A stretch of DNA of 63,233 nt, filler included, from Octopus bimaculoides (GCF_001194135.2; 7 parts of 6 records of this genome joined end to end with filler, not necessarily neighbours in it); one strand, 5' to 3'. Positions 37,268-51,100 are shown, counted from the first letter of the whole stretch. The notes: a model not told the origin generated them from the sequence alone. Numbers and translations are program-made.

Positions 37268-38663
37268 AGAAATAGTAGAGGAATGGATTATTACATCTAT
37301 AAGAGGAGAGTTGTAGTAGGAAGTGAGAGTGATGCGCTGAAAAAAGAAAGAAGAAACAGTACTTGGAGTGTAGCTTCATTCCAGTAGTAAACATCCATGT
37401 AAATAATCCTTGTGGGTATTTTCCGGAGATAATTGTAGTAGCAAAGGTGGATATAGCAAAGGTGGATATATGTCATATCGTGTCCGGAGTATACTGCGCG
37501 TTGTTTACTCAAAGGATAGCCCAAATCAAGTGAGAGATGTGTATAGAGTAAAGAGGTCAAGTCTTAAGACAGGAAGGAAAGGGGAGAAAGAAGTAATTCA
37601 AGTGATGAATAGTAGTGAGCGGTTGTATGGTCAGTTAATCTGACAGGACAGAGAGAATAAGTATAGGGAGTAAAGGAAGAATGAGGGGGTGGAGGCATAA
37701 GTTTAGTAAGTAAGAAGGAATGTGAGGAGGTAGTGTGGAGAGGTATTTATATGTGTATATTCTTAGGCTATAAGTGGTGAGGGTGTGGGTGACATTCTAA
37801 AAAACAGTATTAAAGGAAAATAGGAGAGAAAGAATTAGTAGTAATATGTTCTAAAAATAGAGCTAAACCTAATTTCAAGATGGTAGAAGGGGGCTCAGAT
37901 GCTACCTAGAGTTGATTGTGGTTATCAACAGGGAGCCTGCAGGCGGTGGTGGTGTTAGTGGCAAGGAAGTATAAAGGAAGTAAATTAGGAAAGAATGTAT
38001 TTAGTAGTGATAGGATCTAAAATGAAATAAATCTATTCTAAAGATGGTAGAAGGGGGACCGTTTTGCTAGGTCGAATAGGTTGCCTATAGGGAGTTGTTG
38101 TGTGATTATGTTGTGTGGTCATTTGTGCATTTGTGTCTGTGATAGAATTTAAATGTATGGAAAAAACGGTGATTGCAGGTGCTAAGTGCTTCGTTATATC
38201 GATTAAGTAGAGTGGGAGAATTGTATTTTAAAATATGGAACGCCTCCTTTAAGCAAAGCTTGCAATTAGAGCGCTGGCCCTGGTATGGAATTCCAGAGTC
38301 CAGGATGGACCATCTTAAAGTATACTGGGTGTTTGTGTTTTTGAGGTGATGAATGTGGTTGGCTAGTGTTGTAGATTTACTGTGTTTGTCATATCTAAAA
38401 GAGTGCAAATGGGCTGTGTAGCGTTGCTTGAAGTTTTTAGTTGAACCTATGTATGTAGCTGTAGAGTTACAGTGCATTTATATATTACGTTATATCTTAC
38501 GCAATGCGTTTGTAGCGGTCAGATTGTCCCGGAGCGACAGTTACAAGTAGCTGAGACTTGGGGGCTCTGTGGTGGATGAGGCATTATTGTTGTAGGATAT
38601 GTTATGTGAGGATGTAGAAGAATCTAGATCAATGGAATTATTGTTATAGTTATTAGATATATA

Positions 38664-38709
38664 AAGGCTAATACGTATTTTCATACCTGTTGGTATTCAT
38701 CAAGGCCTT
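38664..38709 (-). ncRNA. Degenerate minimal hammerhead (1-nt insertion in core)
   Basis: AAGGC-CTTGATGA-ATACC aaca GGTAT-GAAA-ATACGTAT-TA-GCCTT. Confidence 0.45.
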
Positions 38710-38899
38710 CGTCTGACAAACTGTAAAAGACTGGCTGGTTTTTTGTCTTTTATACCTATTCCTTTGGACAGCAGCAGTAGGTGTTTGGCTATTTTTAGAA
38801 ATGATGCCAAGTTTATTTTTAGAAATGATGACATTTGAGAGATTTTTTGTGTTTTAGTTATAGGGATAAGATTTTTAAACCCCAAGTAAGATAAATTTA

Positions 38900-39179
38900 A
38901 TCATTGTTTGTTAAGAGTGGGTTGTTAAGAGTAAGTTCGCTTTAGCGATATTGAAGATGTTCTGGTGGCATGAATTTTGTGTCACTATAAATGGTATGAC
39001 CGTTTCCTGTTTTTCTCTTCTTTGCGGTGTCCTCAGTTGTTGTATGGGTATTTTTGAAGCCCGCTGAATACCATTTTCTATAAGTAGTGACGGGTACTTT
39101 TGCTTGGCCAGAAATTCTTTCAGTTCCATCAAGCGCTGATTTCTGGTCTTTAGATCCTCTACAATAGTACAGATTCTCC
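38900..39179 (-). mobile_element. Penelope-like RT C-terminal/linker fragment
   Basis: RICTIVEDLKTRNQRLMELKEFLAKQKYPSLLIENGIQRA..VIPFIVTQN..NIFNI resembles the PLE post-RT region. Confidence 0.6.
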
Positions 39180-39830
39180 CAGAGTTTAGTGTCCAATGAA
39201 GGAAAGGTACGCATGTGTGGGCTGGTTGCACCCCTGGCATAGGCCATGTGTTATAGTCTCATTTGGCTTGCCGGGTCTTCCTCCTGCACAGCATATTTCC
39301 AAAGGTCTCGGTCACTAGTCATTGCCTCGGTGAGGCCTAATTTTCGAAGGTCGTCCTTCATCACCTCATCCCAGGTCTTCCTGGGTTTACCTCTTCCACA
39401 GGTTCCCTCAACCACTAGGGTGTGGCACTTTTTCACACAGCTATCCTCATCCATACTCTCGCCACACGACCATACCAGTGCAGTTGTCTCTCTTGCACAC
39501 CACATCTGATGCTTCTTAGGTCCAACTTTTCTCTCAAGGTACTTACACTCTGTTGAGTATGCACACTGACATTACACATCCATCGGAGCATACTGGCTTC
39601 ATTCCTTGCGAGCTTACGCATGTCCTTAGCAGTCACGGCCCATGTTTCACTGCCATGTAGCAAGGCTGTTCGTACACATGCGTCATACAGTCTGCCTTTT
39701 ACTCTGAGCGAGAGGCCCGTTGTCACCAGCAGAGGTAAGAGCTCCCTGAACTTTGCCCAGGCTATTCTTATTCTACATCTTTCAGTGCACCCTGCCTCGC
39801 TACTGACTTGATCACCTTGGTAACGGAAGC
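39180..39830 (-). mobile_element. RTE-clade LINE fragment (post-RT C-terminus and start of 3' UTR)
   Basis: RIRIAWAKFRELLPLL..KGRLYDACVRTALLHGSETW..E..MLRWM..LHWYG..GRGKPRKTWDEV. Confidence 0.9.
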
Positions 39831-39840
39831 TACTTGTACT

Positions 39841-39920
<80 letters not shown>

Positions 39921-40856
39921 NNNNNNNNNNNNNNNNNNNNNNNNNNNNNNNNNNNNNNNNNNNNNNNNNNNNNNNNNNNNNNNNNNNNNNNNNNNNNNNN
40001 NNNNNNNNNNNNNNNNNNNNNNNNNNNNNNNNNNNNNNNNNNNNNNNNNNNNNNNNNNNNNNNNNNNNNNNNNNNNNNNNNNNNNNNNNNNNNNNNNNNN
40101 NNNNNNNNNNNNNNNNNNNNNNNNNNNNNNNNNNNNNNNNNNNNNNNNNNNNNNNNNNNNNNNNNNNNNNNNNNNNNNNNNNNNNNNNNNNNNNNNNNNN
40201 NNNNNNNNNNNNNNNNNNNNNNNNNNNNNNNNNNNNNNNNNNNNNNNNNNNNNNNNNNNNNNNNNNNNNNNNNNNNNNNNNNNNNNNNNNNNNNNNNNNN
40301 NNNNNNNNNNNNNNNNNNNNNNNNNNNNNNNNNNNNNNNNNNNNNNNNNNNNNNNNNNNNNNNNNNNNNNNNNNNNNNNNNNNNNNNNNNNNNNNNNNNN
40401 NNNNNNNNNNNNNNNNNNNNNNNNNNNNNNNNNNNNNNNNNNNNNNNNNNNNNNNNNNNNNNNNNNNNNNNNNNNNNNNNNNNNNNNNNNNNNNNNNNNN
40501 NNNNNNNNNNNNNNNNNNNNNNNNNNNNNNNNNNNNNNNNNNNNNNNNNNNNNNNNNNNNNNNNNNNNNNNNNNNNNNNNAGAGATAAATATTATTTAAT
40601 AAACACAATATATATTTTTATGAGCTACTATTAGTTTTATTCAATGAAAACATCTCAGGCAACATTTTTTAACATATCTGGTGCCTTCACACAATCTTCA
40701 AGCTAGAACATGCCGATAGGATAAGAGAAAAATGAGAAAAGGTGAGAAAGAAGTAGACGTAAAAGGTGGATGGTTGAAAAACTGCAAAAACAAAATAGAA
40801 AACAGGAAAAAGAAAACAAAAGGGGGGGGGGGTAATTAGAATTATGTCTTCTTTGA

Positions 40857-41200
40857 TCATGGAGTCATAAGGCTGAATGAATAGTGGCCAAGAGTCTGTG
40901 GTACAACTGCACAATTCAGAGAGGGTGGTACTTTCCAATTCACCAACAGAAACTTATTCATATGTTTACAACTGCTGAAAATTGCAGATCTAGAATTCAA
41001 CATTGTAGTAGAGTTCTTACACCTGAAAAGGATCTGTGTTCTTTCAGGTATGTACAACCTACATTTCTTTGATCCATTGACATATGGCATGGACTTTTCA
41101 ACTATCTGCCACTTTATTGTAAGTAGTGTGGTGTCAGACTTCAAATTCCATGCATAGTTATCCAACTTAGTCGCTCTACTTTTGACTCTGAGTAGGAAGG
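40857..41200 (-). mobile_element. Second Penelope-like GIY-YIG C-terminal remnant
   Basis: TKLDNYAWNLK..IKWQIVEKSMPYVNGSKKCRL..LNSRSAIFSSCKH parallels the 38106-38477 peptide. Confidence 0.7.
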
Positions 41201-41772
41201 AAGATATGTAGTTAGTATAGCGATTTTTGAAGTCGCCTATATATATATATATATAAGTCCCTCTAAGCGTGAGGCATTACTATATAGTAATTGCCCTTAT
41301 ATAAATTATATATATTTATGGAAAAAAACGATGGGTTTATTTTCCTTATGAGGTTTTTTTCACGCTGACTACTTGATAAATTCTTATAAAGATTTTATCC
41401 TATATTATATTATAAATAATTAGAATATATTCAGTGCTGAATATTATTCTGTAAAAGCACGTGTTACCGAGATGCAACTTGAAAAAGCTCGCCTCTTTCA
41501 CGGATATATAAGGATGAACAGGAGTCATCGTACTGTGTTGGGTACATCAGGGTATGTTGATTTTTGTTTATTNNNNNNNNNNNNNNNNNNNNNNNNNNNN
41601 NNNNNNNNNNNNNNNNTTAATTAATTAANNNNNNNNNNNNNNNNNNNNNNNNNNNNNNNNNNNNNNNNNNNNTATGTATGTATGTATGTATGTATGTATG
41701 TATGTATGTGTATATGTATGTATTCACATATGTAGAACATGTGTGTATGTGTGCATATATATATATCTGTGT

Positions 41773-41841
<69 letters not shown>

Positions 41842-42140
41842 CAGACAGGTAGATAGAGGAAGAGAGAGAAATAATGATGCAAATAAACAAATAAACCGCT
41901 TGGGCTAGATATATAAAATAGACATAAATTGTCAAGGATATGCAACCAATTGTGGAAGCATATAAAGATAAGGTAAATTAGGCCTCCGTCTTCATATGCC
42001 AACATATGCCAACATATGAAGTAATTCCAAGCCCCTAGAAACAGCTGTCGGGACTGTAAAATCATACCTTCTCCAATTAATTTTCTGTCTCTTTGTATTC
42101 TGTGCAAGTCTGCTCTGTTGATATATATATATAAATATAC

Positions 42141-42180
<40 letters not shown>

Positions 42181-42567
42181 NNNNNNNNNNNNNNNNNNNN
42201 NNNNNNNNNNNNNNNNNNNNNNNNNNNNNNNNNNNNNNNNNNNNNNNNNNNNNNNNNNNNNNNNNNNNNNNNNNNNNNNNNNNNNNNNNNNNNNNNNNNN
42301 NNNNNNNNNNNNNNNNNNNNNNNNNNNNNNNNNNNNNNNNNNNNNNNNNNNNNNNNNNNNNNNNNNNNNNNNNNNNNNNNNNNNNNNNNNNNNNNNNNNN
42401 NNNNNNNNNNNNNNNNNNNNNNNNNNNNNNNNNNNNNNNNNNNNNNNNNNNNNNNNNNNNNNNNNNNNNNNNNNNNNNNNNNNNNNNNNNNNNNNNNNNN
42501 NNNNNNNNNNNNNNNNNNNNNNNNNNNNNNNNNNNNNNNNNNNNNNNNTATATATATATATATATAT

Positions 42568-42602
<35 letters not shown>

Positions 42603-44301
42603 CCACATACTATAAATACACACGTAAATGCACACGTAAATGCACACACATAAAAACATGGAATGCACATCACTCAACCCAACTCACGCACTGGTTTGCT
42701 TATAGACACACACACACACACAGAGGCTCACATAATTTTATGCTTGACCACACACTCGCTTGCCCCATACATACATACACACTCACAAACACATTCTTAC
42801 ATACATACACACGCGCGCTTGCACACCCCATTTCAGCGAGGTCACCGCTATTATCTCCCTTTCATCCGACCTCTTTTTTCCCGTCATTTCATCATCTTAA
42901 ACCGTTAATCCCGACATATTCTTTTTTACTCTCTCTCTCTCTCCAGTTTTTCCTCTCATCCTTTTCCATTCTGCCTCAGCGTCAAACTAATAGACCTGAT
43001 TGTTGTTTCCCAATCACATGTTTCTGGGTTCAGTTCCTTTGCGTAGTACCATGGGCAAGTATCTTCTATTATAGCCTCGGGCCAACCAAAGCCTTGTGAG
43101 TAGATTTGACATACATAATACACACATACATACATAAATGGATTACAAAAAAACAAAACAAGAATCAAATAATGTCTTTCATTAGCTTACAGTTGTTTGT
43201 GCATCAAAAAGCTTTGCACGCGCAGCTGAATGTTTGTTCAACATCCTTATAGCAGAAACAATTGTATGCTAATGGATGTGATTGCGCAACTCCTTTCGTT
43301 TGTCATTCATTTTTAGTAATTAACTGATGCTATACGCCAAGACATAAAGGCATAACCATATTGAGTTCTAACAGTATATATACGTATATATACGTATACG
43401 ACGAGCTCCTTTCAGTTTTCACTCACAAGTCTTTAGTCGGCCCCAGGCTATAGTAGAAGACACATGCCCAGGGTGCCACACTGTGGGACTGAACCCGAAG
43501 CCATGTGGTTTGAAAGCAAGCTTCTTACCACACAGTCACACCTGCGCCTCAGATATAAGATTTGTAAACCTTACCCATGCAGAGTTATGCTGACAGGAAG
43601 TCGCTTTCTCGAGACAACAATGACAGCTCAATAACTTCGTAAAAAGTCAGAATTCTCCGAAACTCTTGAGTATTTCCGTCGATTCAACAAGAAGCGTCAA
43701 CCTCAGAAAATATGAAGCTGAGAAATAAAAGAAATTAAAAATGGCGATAGAAATAATTATTGAAATTTAGTTAACAGGAGAAAAGAAAGAAAGAATAAAA
43801 AATATTGGATCGTATTTGGTGAAGCGGAAACTAGCGTCATATGAACGGAAATGGAAACAGTCCTTTTTGTGATAAGAAAAGAATGTTGACACAAAAACAA
43901 ATATTTGTGACTGATATACAATAAGGTAAAATGGATGAAATAATAAAACAATAACAACGGAAATAACAACAAAAGTTGTAAGAGCCGCAGCAATAGTAGC
44001 TGCGGCCATGCAGAGAGACGCGAAATAATCGGGACTGTGTAGACGGAAGTGTTATGACGAGCAGCACACTACTTCATGATTTCAATTACTTCAGAGAGAG
44101 AGACAGACAGACAGACAGCGAAGCAGACGGACAACGGTACGAGACTTTATAGTAGTGGACAACTGGACACAGAAGAAACAGCGATTTGCCTCTGTAAGGC
44201 CAATGGTATTAAAACAGTTCAGAAGAAAGAAAACAGATGGAAATTGTAATGAAGGCAACGATACGAATTCTAATGTCCCTCACGGAAGTTAACGACAACA
44301 A

Positions 44302-44337
<36 letters not shown>

Positions 44338-44341
44338 CAGC

Positions 44342-44397
<56 letters not shown>

Positions 44398-45989
44398 TAG
44401 TAGAAGTAGTAGTAAGAGCGTCATGCGTTACGCTCCCATTTCTTCTTCCAGCTTCCTGACCCTCCAGAAACCCTTATTTCCTGTTAGTTTATTGGTGAAT
44501 AAAAAAATTTGAAAANNNNNNNNNNNNNNNNNNNNNNNNNNNNNNNNNNNNNNNNNNNNNNNNNNNNNNNNNNNNNNNNNNNNNNNNNNNNNNNNNNNNN
44601 NNNNNNNNNNNNNNNNNNNNNNNNNNNNNNNNNNNNNNNNNNNNNNNNNNNNNNNNNNNNNNNNNNNNNNNNNNNNNNNNNNNNNNNNNNNNNNNNNNNN
44701 NNNNNNNNNNNNNNNNNNNNNNNNNNNNNNNNNNNNNNNNNNNNNNNNNNNNNNNNNNNNNNNNNNNNNNNNNNNNNNNNNNNNNNNNNNNNNNNNNNNN
44801 NNNNNNNNNNNNNNNNNNNNGATGAAAGACAAAGTCAACCTCGGCGCAATTTGAACTCAGAACGTAGCGGCAGACGAAATACCACTAAGCATTTCGCCCG
44901 GCATGCTAACGATTCTGCCAGCCCGCAGCCTTAATATATTTAGAATTAATCCTTTTTACTCAAGGCACAAGGCCTGAAATTTTGTGGGAGGGGAATAGTC
45001 GATTACATCGACGCAGTGCGTAACTGGTACTTAATTTATCGACTCTGAATATATTTGGAAATAATAAAGTAACATCGTATTCTTCCAGACAGACATGTCA
45101 AGGAGAGTGTCTGTGGAGTGTTTAATGAATCATTTCCAGACTCCACGTCAACCACATGACCATAACATGAAGGAGGAACTCGAATAGACAGAGTTCAGCT
45201 TCATGATGTTCATGTAGGATTGTGGTTGAATATCTTCCTGCCGGGGAGAGAGATTCTAAACAAGTTTCAAACCGCCAGGTGACATACCTGTACTGTCGTT
45301 CCTGCGGTTTGTCACATCCGCCCCCGCGCCACTCCTGCCTCCGTTGCTCCAGTTTGGCCGGTTTGCAAGGCTATTATAATCAGCAAATATACACTGTCGT
45401 ATTTTCTTTCTATAATTGCCTACCGCTATGAAAAAAGTGTAACTTAGAGCAATCGACTTGAGAAGATCTTGCTCAGAATGGCTCAGTGGTGTAGCGCTGT
45501 CCACTCTGGATTACAACACTCAGAATCTGGTATGACCAGAGAAGCAGAAGAGAGGAGGGAAACAGGGAAAGTAAGGGCTCTACCGAGTCCTGATTCTGCT
45601 ATTACGTGTCCCACCCCCGGTAGCTGTGGATTTTATGCCAGTTTTAATCTGATAAGTCACCCCAGGACCCACAAAGAATAAAGCAGCTAATTTGATCATC
45701 TTCAGAGACAAGAAACACAAGTGAAATGAACTGACCAAAACCATTCGCTTCTGCAGCACTAAAAGCCTCCACGGTATCAATGATTATAATCGCTTCTGTG
45801 ACTTTACAGGGCAATGCAGGCAGCCTGGATGTGGTACCCCTATATCAATCGATCAGTATCGATTTAACGGTTGAAAGAAAGACTATGGGAATGATGTTAC
45901 CGATGCCGCTTAACAAGGATTTCTTCTCTAACTACGTGGGGCGTATGAAAAGTCTTGAGCCTCAAAAAAAAAAAAAACATAGTACAAGA

Positions 45990-46420
45990 CTTCAGAGGTT
46001 TTATTTTTCAACAATGCTCAATGCATTTTTCCCGAATTCGGCGAAGACTGAAGATCATGTCCACGGTGCTTCTACCGCAACAGAAGCCACACAGAGTCTC
46101 AGATAAGACATTTGGACAGATACAACTGTTTAGTAGAATATGGTCCAAGATCTTCTCAGCTCTTGACAAAAGAGATATTCCTTAGTAGTTCCCACTGTCC
46201 TGTTCACAACTTATTTTGAAGATAGGAAAGATTCCTGCAACTTTCTGGTCTTGTAAAACAGTTTCCGTTTCACAGATCTGGAGCATAATGCTATACAGGC
46301 TTTCAATAGGCTTTACACCTCTTCGCTTCCAGATTCCAGCAGGTATGCCACATCTGTCAGGTGCTTTACCTTCTCTCATTTGTTTGACTGCATCAATAAA
46401 TTCCTCGTAGGTTTGTCATC
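45990..46420 (-). mobile_element. Decayed RTE reverse-transcriptase fragment
   Basis: GKAPDRCGIPAGIWK..SGNY*GISLLS..CGFCCGRSTVDMIFSLRRIREKCIE. Confidence 0.75.
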
Positions 46421-47367
46421 TAACGATTGGATGGTTGGCGGTTGAGAAACCTTCTCGAGGGCAGCATAGTCCACACTGCTTGGAATCTAAAACAGGCTGT
46501 CTTTACCAATCTAAACAGATTGGTAAATCTATCAAGGCTCTCAGATTTTTCCTGGAGTTACAGCATCATGTAGATAAAAACGACGTGAACGCATTTTACT
46601 CAGGATTTCCATAGATATACGGGCCACAGGGAAGAGGTGCAATAAAATTCATAAAGAGATTGAGGTGCGTTAATAATGGTTTCGAATTTTGGCACAAGGC
46701 CAGCAATTTCGAGGAAGTAGGTAAATCGATTATATTGATCCCCTGTGATCAACTGGTACTTATTTTAAGTATTTTGTCCAGTGTGCTAACGATTCTGCCA
46801 GCTCTCCGCCTTAATAATAATAATAATAATAATAATAATACAACAACAACAACATGAATACATATACATGTATATAATATTTCTTTGAGACATTTCCTTT
46901 ATATTTTTAACGAAGCTTGTTTCTGTCCCAAGGAATAACTAATAAATGGCAGTGATCCAGCATGGCCACAGTCTGCGGGCTGAAACAAGTAAAAGAGGTA
47001 AGAACAAAAGGGAAATCGTCTCCAATCTCTCATTAAAAGAATCAGGGATGTCTTGACAGTTTCTCCCATCCAACATAATCAGAGCAACTCTACCACTAGT
47101 TACCTCCCTTGCATCTGTAACGCTAAATGCCAATATGGACGACAATCGTTTTATATCTGAAGTCTCGGATATGAAATGGCGGAACAGAAATCAGGGCTGG
47201 CTCCAGTTTGTTGAAAAGATCTGAAGAGAAGACCTGGACAAGCAATCATTACTTTATATCAGGCATAAACAAACATTTCGAAAAGCGGGCCGCACTCTTA
47301 AAAATATTTAAGACACTTTATTCATCGGGTAGTCCCGTGGGCCGAGGTTTGTTCGTGACTAGACAGA

Positions 47368-47471
<104 letters not shown>

Positions 47472-48381
47472 ACATACACACTCACATACATGAAATAATG
47501 AGACGGTTGTCAGGAAAACGGGATCAGGTAACGGTGTGAAATTTCTTGCGTAATTATAATGAGAATAAAGAAAATTTATCATAATTTATGCTAATTTATG
47601 CTAATGAACATGATGAACATTTAACATTCTGTTGCATATAATTTATTTCAGGTTTTAATTTTAAGGCATGGAAAATGTGTGTGTGTGTGTGTGTAAGTAT
47701 GTGTACATATGTGTGTGTATGTATGTGCATGTATGTATGTGTGTGTTTGCGTGTGTGTATGTGTGTGAATGCATGTGTGTGAATGTGCGCTTGTGTGTAT
47801 GCGTGATGCGCGTGTGTGTATGCATGTGTGTATGTGTGTATGTATGAATGCGTGTATGTATGTGTGCATGTGTGTGTGCATGTGTGTGAATGTGCGTATG
47901 TATGAATGCATGTACGTATGTGTGTGTGCATGTGTGTGCGTGTGTGTGTATGCAAATGTGTGCATGTGTGTATGTATGCATATGTGTGTGTGTGTGTGTG
48001 TGTGTATGTGTGTGTGTGAGGACACACACGTACAGATGTTCTACTTATACCCATCAAAGTCCCTACTTTGATCACAAAATGCAATACAGGTGAAGACGGG
48101 CGAACTGGCAGAAGCGTTGACACGCAGGACAAAATGCTTAGCGACATTTCGTTCGTTATTATGTTCTGAGTTCAAATTCCACCGAGGCCGACGTTGCTTT
48201 TCATCCTTTGGGGGTCGATAAAAGAAGTACCAGTCGAGTACTGGGTCGACGTAATCGGCTTACCCCGCCTGCCAAAATCGCTGGTCTTGCACCAAGATTT
48301 GCAATCAAATTACATTACAGGTGTGACGTATGCTAAGGGAGGCAACTCTGAGAAGAGACTGCTGAGTTTCACTAGACTCAC

Positions 48382-48487
48382 CGAATGTGTGTTACCACAA
48401 ATTACTGGTACGGTAGTGTCTAGATTTTGTGAAGATTTAATAAGAGACGCAATGTGGCCCTCGTCATATTCTGTAGGGTCCCTCAAA
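48382..48487 (-). CDS. Putative isolated exon with rhodanese-like N-terminal motif
   Basis: Minus strand TTTTTTCTTTCAACCAG| acceptor and TCG|GTGAGT donor. Only one frame is open: (x)LRDPTEYDEGHIASLIKSSQNLDTTVPVICGNTHS, resembling rhodanese DVR.P.EY..GHI. Partner exons not established. Confidence 0.4.
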
Positions 48488-49330
48488 CTGGTTGAAAGAA
48501 AAAACTCATTAATCACTCACCCAAATTTGCAGTGAATGCTTAGAGAAATGTCAACCATCCGATAAGCCACCACAAAGATGCTTCTCCAAGGTCAATTCCT
48601 GTCTGTGAATAACCTCGTTTTCTCCTCACAGATACAGGTACGTTCACAAGGTTCCTTCCTCAGACAAAATCAATAATAAATGTTTCATTAAAGTCAATGA
48701 TTAGGTGATGAGAACGATAATCAGACAGCCCTTAGGCCACCTAGACTAAATTAAATTAGAGAGTTTACTATTCTGCGAAAGAACCTAAAAGATCTGCAAA
48801 GCAGGCGGCACGCAGTAGAGCAGCTTCGCCCAACTCGCTTCTTCACCAAAAACTGTACCGAAAGAAGACCCCAAAGCACTGAAAGGTGGTGCTCCAGCAT
48901 GGCCCCAGCCTCTGGCTGAAACCAGTAAAAGAATATAGATATACGCACAGTCTCACGTACACACACCTAAAATCCCCACCGACACAAAAACACACACAAA
49001 CACACATACACACGCACTCACAAACGCACTCACGCACACACACGAACAAACACATATACACATACACACACATGCGCACACACAACACCCTAACAAATAT
49101 TAATCACACACATACACACTCACACAAACGTGCACACACATACACACACCATCCTACCATAGATAAAAAAACACACACATACTCATATACACATGCCACA
49201 CACGCACACATACAGACATAGGCATACACANNNNNNNNNNNNNNNNNNNNNNNNNNNNNNNNNNNNNNNNNNNNTTAATTAATTAANNNNNNNNNNNNNN
49301 NNNNNNNNNNNNNNNNNNNNNNNNNNNNNN

Positions 49331-49361
<31 letters not shown>

Positions 49362-49773
49362 TATATACAAACCGACTTACCTATATGCATATATTCATAT
49401 ATACACACAAACATACCTACACGCATACATACTTACAAACCCACATAAATACTCACATACATAGACGGATGCATACATACATACATACATATATACATAC
49501 ATATACATACACGTAGATACGTGCATTCATACATAAATACATGCATACATGCATACATGTATACATGCGTACTCCCACACACATTTACATACACTCGAAT
49601 TCATGCATACATACAAACATACATACATACATACATACATACATACATACGTACATATATACATGCATACGTACACAAAGTTATAAACTCTGGGATATAA
49701 CATTGTCACATGATTCATACACGGTGAAAACCAATTTTGTGGACAACTAGCTTCAAATAAATAAACACAGCTC

Positions 49774-49815
<42 letters not shown>

Positions 49816-50105
49816 TCTCTCTCTCACTCTCTCCCACTCTCTCCCCCACCTCTCTCTCTCTCTTACTGCCACTGAGTCATAAAACAACATCAAAGAGAAA
49901 ACTATATTACACACCAATGGCGCGTCTCGTTAGATGTTATATCTGGATCCGTGGATTCAATTGCTTAATCGTGTTACTATTGATGCTGTAATATCGAGTT
50001 TAACCACAAGGCATAGCATTCGGTTTTCCGTTGTGGCTTAGCCAAGAAAAAGAAATTATTAACTGGAAGTGACAAGTGCGATTCCTTATAAAGACAAAGC
50101 AAAGT

Positions 50106-50150
<45 letters not shown>

Positions 50151-50879
50151 NNNNNNNNNNNNNNNNNNNNNNNNNNNNNNNNNNNNNNNNNNNNNNNNNN
50201 NNNNNNNNNNNNNNNNNNNNNNNNNNNNNNNNNNNNNNNNNNNNNNNNNNNNNNNNNNNNNNNNNNNNNNNNNNNNNNNNNNNNNNNNNNNNNNNNNNNN
50301 NNNNNNNNNNNNNNNNNNNNNNNNNNNNNNNNNNNNNNNNNNNNNNNNNNNNNNNNNNNNNNNNNNNNNNNNNNNNNNNNNNNNNNNNNNNNNNNNNNNN
50401 NNNNNNNNNNNNNNNNNNNNNNNNNNNNNNNNNNNNNNNNNNNNNNNNNNNNNNNNNNNNNNNNNNNNNNNNNNNNNNNNNNNNNNNNNNNNNNNNNNNN
50501 NNNNNNNNNNNNNNNNNNNNNNNNNNNNNNNNNNNNNNNNNNNNNNNNNNNNNNNNNNNNNNNNNNNNNNNNNNNNNNNNNNNNNNNNNNNNNNNNNNNN
50601 NNNNNNNNNNNNNNNNNNNNNNNNNNNNNNNNNNNNNNNNNNNNNNNNNNNNNNNNNNNNNNNNNNNNNNNNNNNNNNNNNNNNNNNNNNNNNNNNNNNN
50701 NNNNNNNNNNNNNNNNNNNNNNNNNNNNNNNNNNNNNNNNNNNNNNNNNNNNNNNNNNNNNNNNNNNNNTATATATATATATATATGGGAGAATTTACGA
50801 AAAAAAGCAACAACAGACGAGGGCAGGTGGTGTAAACAACAAAAGGATGTATTAGTTTAACGCTCGGGAATACAGAAAG

Positions 50880-50916
50880 TCTTTAACGTATCGAGCTACG
50901 CTCTTCAACAGAAAGA
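50880..50916 (-). ncRNA. Degenerate minimal hammerhead (A6>U, A14>U)
   Basis: TCTTT-CTGTTGA-A-GAGC gta GCTC-GATA-CG-TT-AAAGA. Confidence 0.35.
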
Positions 50917-51100
50917 ATACGGAGAAAACAAGGAGAAAAACACGGAGAAAAAAAATTGAATGGTTTGGTCAGCGATCTATCATGGCGTCTGCGGACAGAA
51001 AGTTAATACCACAAATTAAAAGGGTGGCTTATTAGCAATTAGAACCGAAGGGCAAAATTAATAGAGGTCACAAAAGTGGCGGAGGATACTGACGAGCACC

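Larger units (their letters stand above)
37176..38720 (-). mobile_element. Penelope-like element remnant: Cys linker, GIY-YIG endonuclease and 3' UTR
   Basis: CNCRSGTI*PLQTHCVRYNVIYKCTV / TYIGSTKNFKQRYTAH..WSILD..CKLCLKEAFHIL..LLN..C.H, with one stop and one frameshift; flanked by two hammerhead-like folds. Confidence 0.85.
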
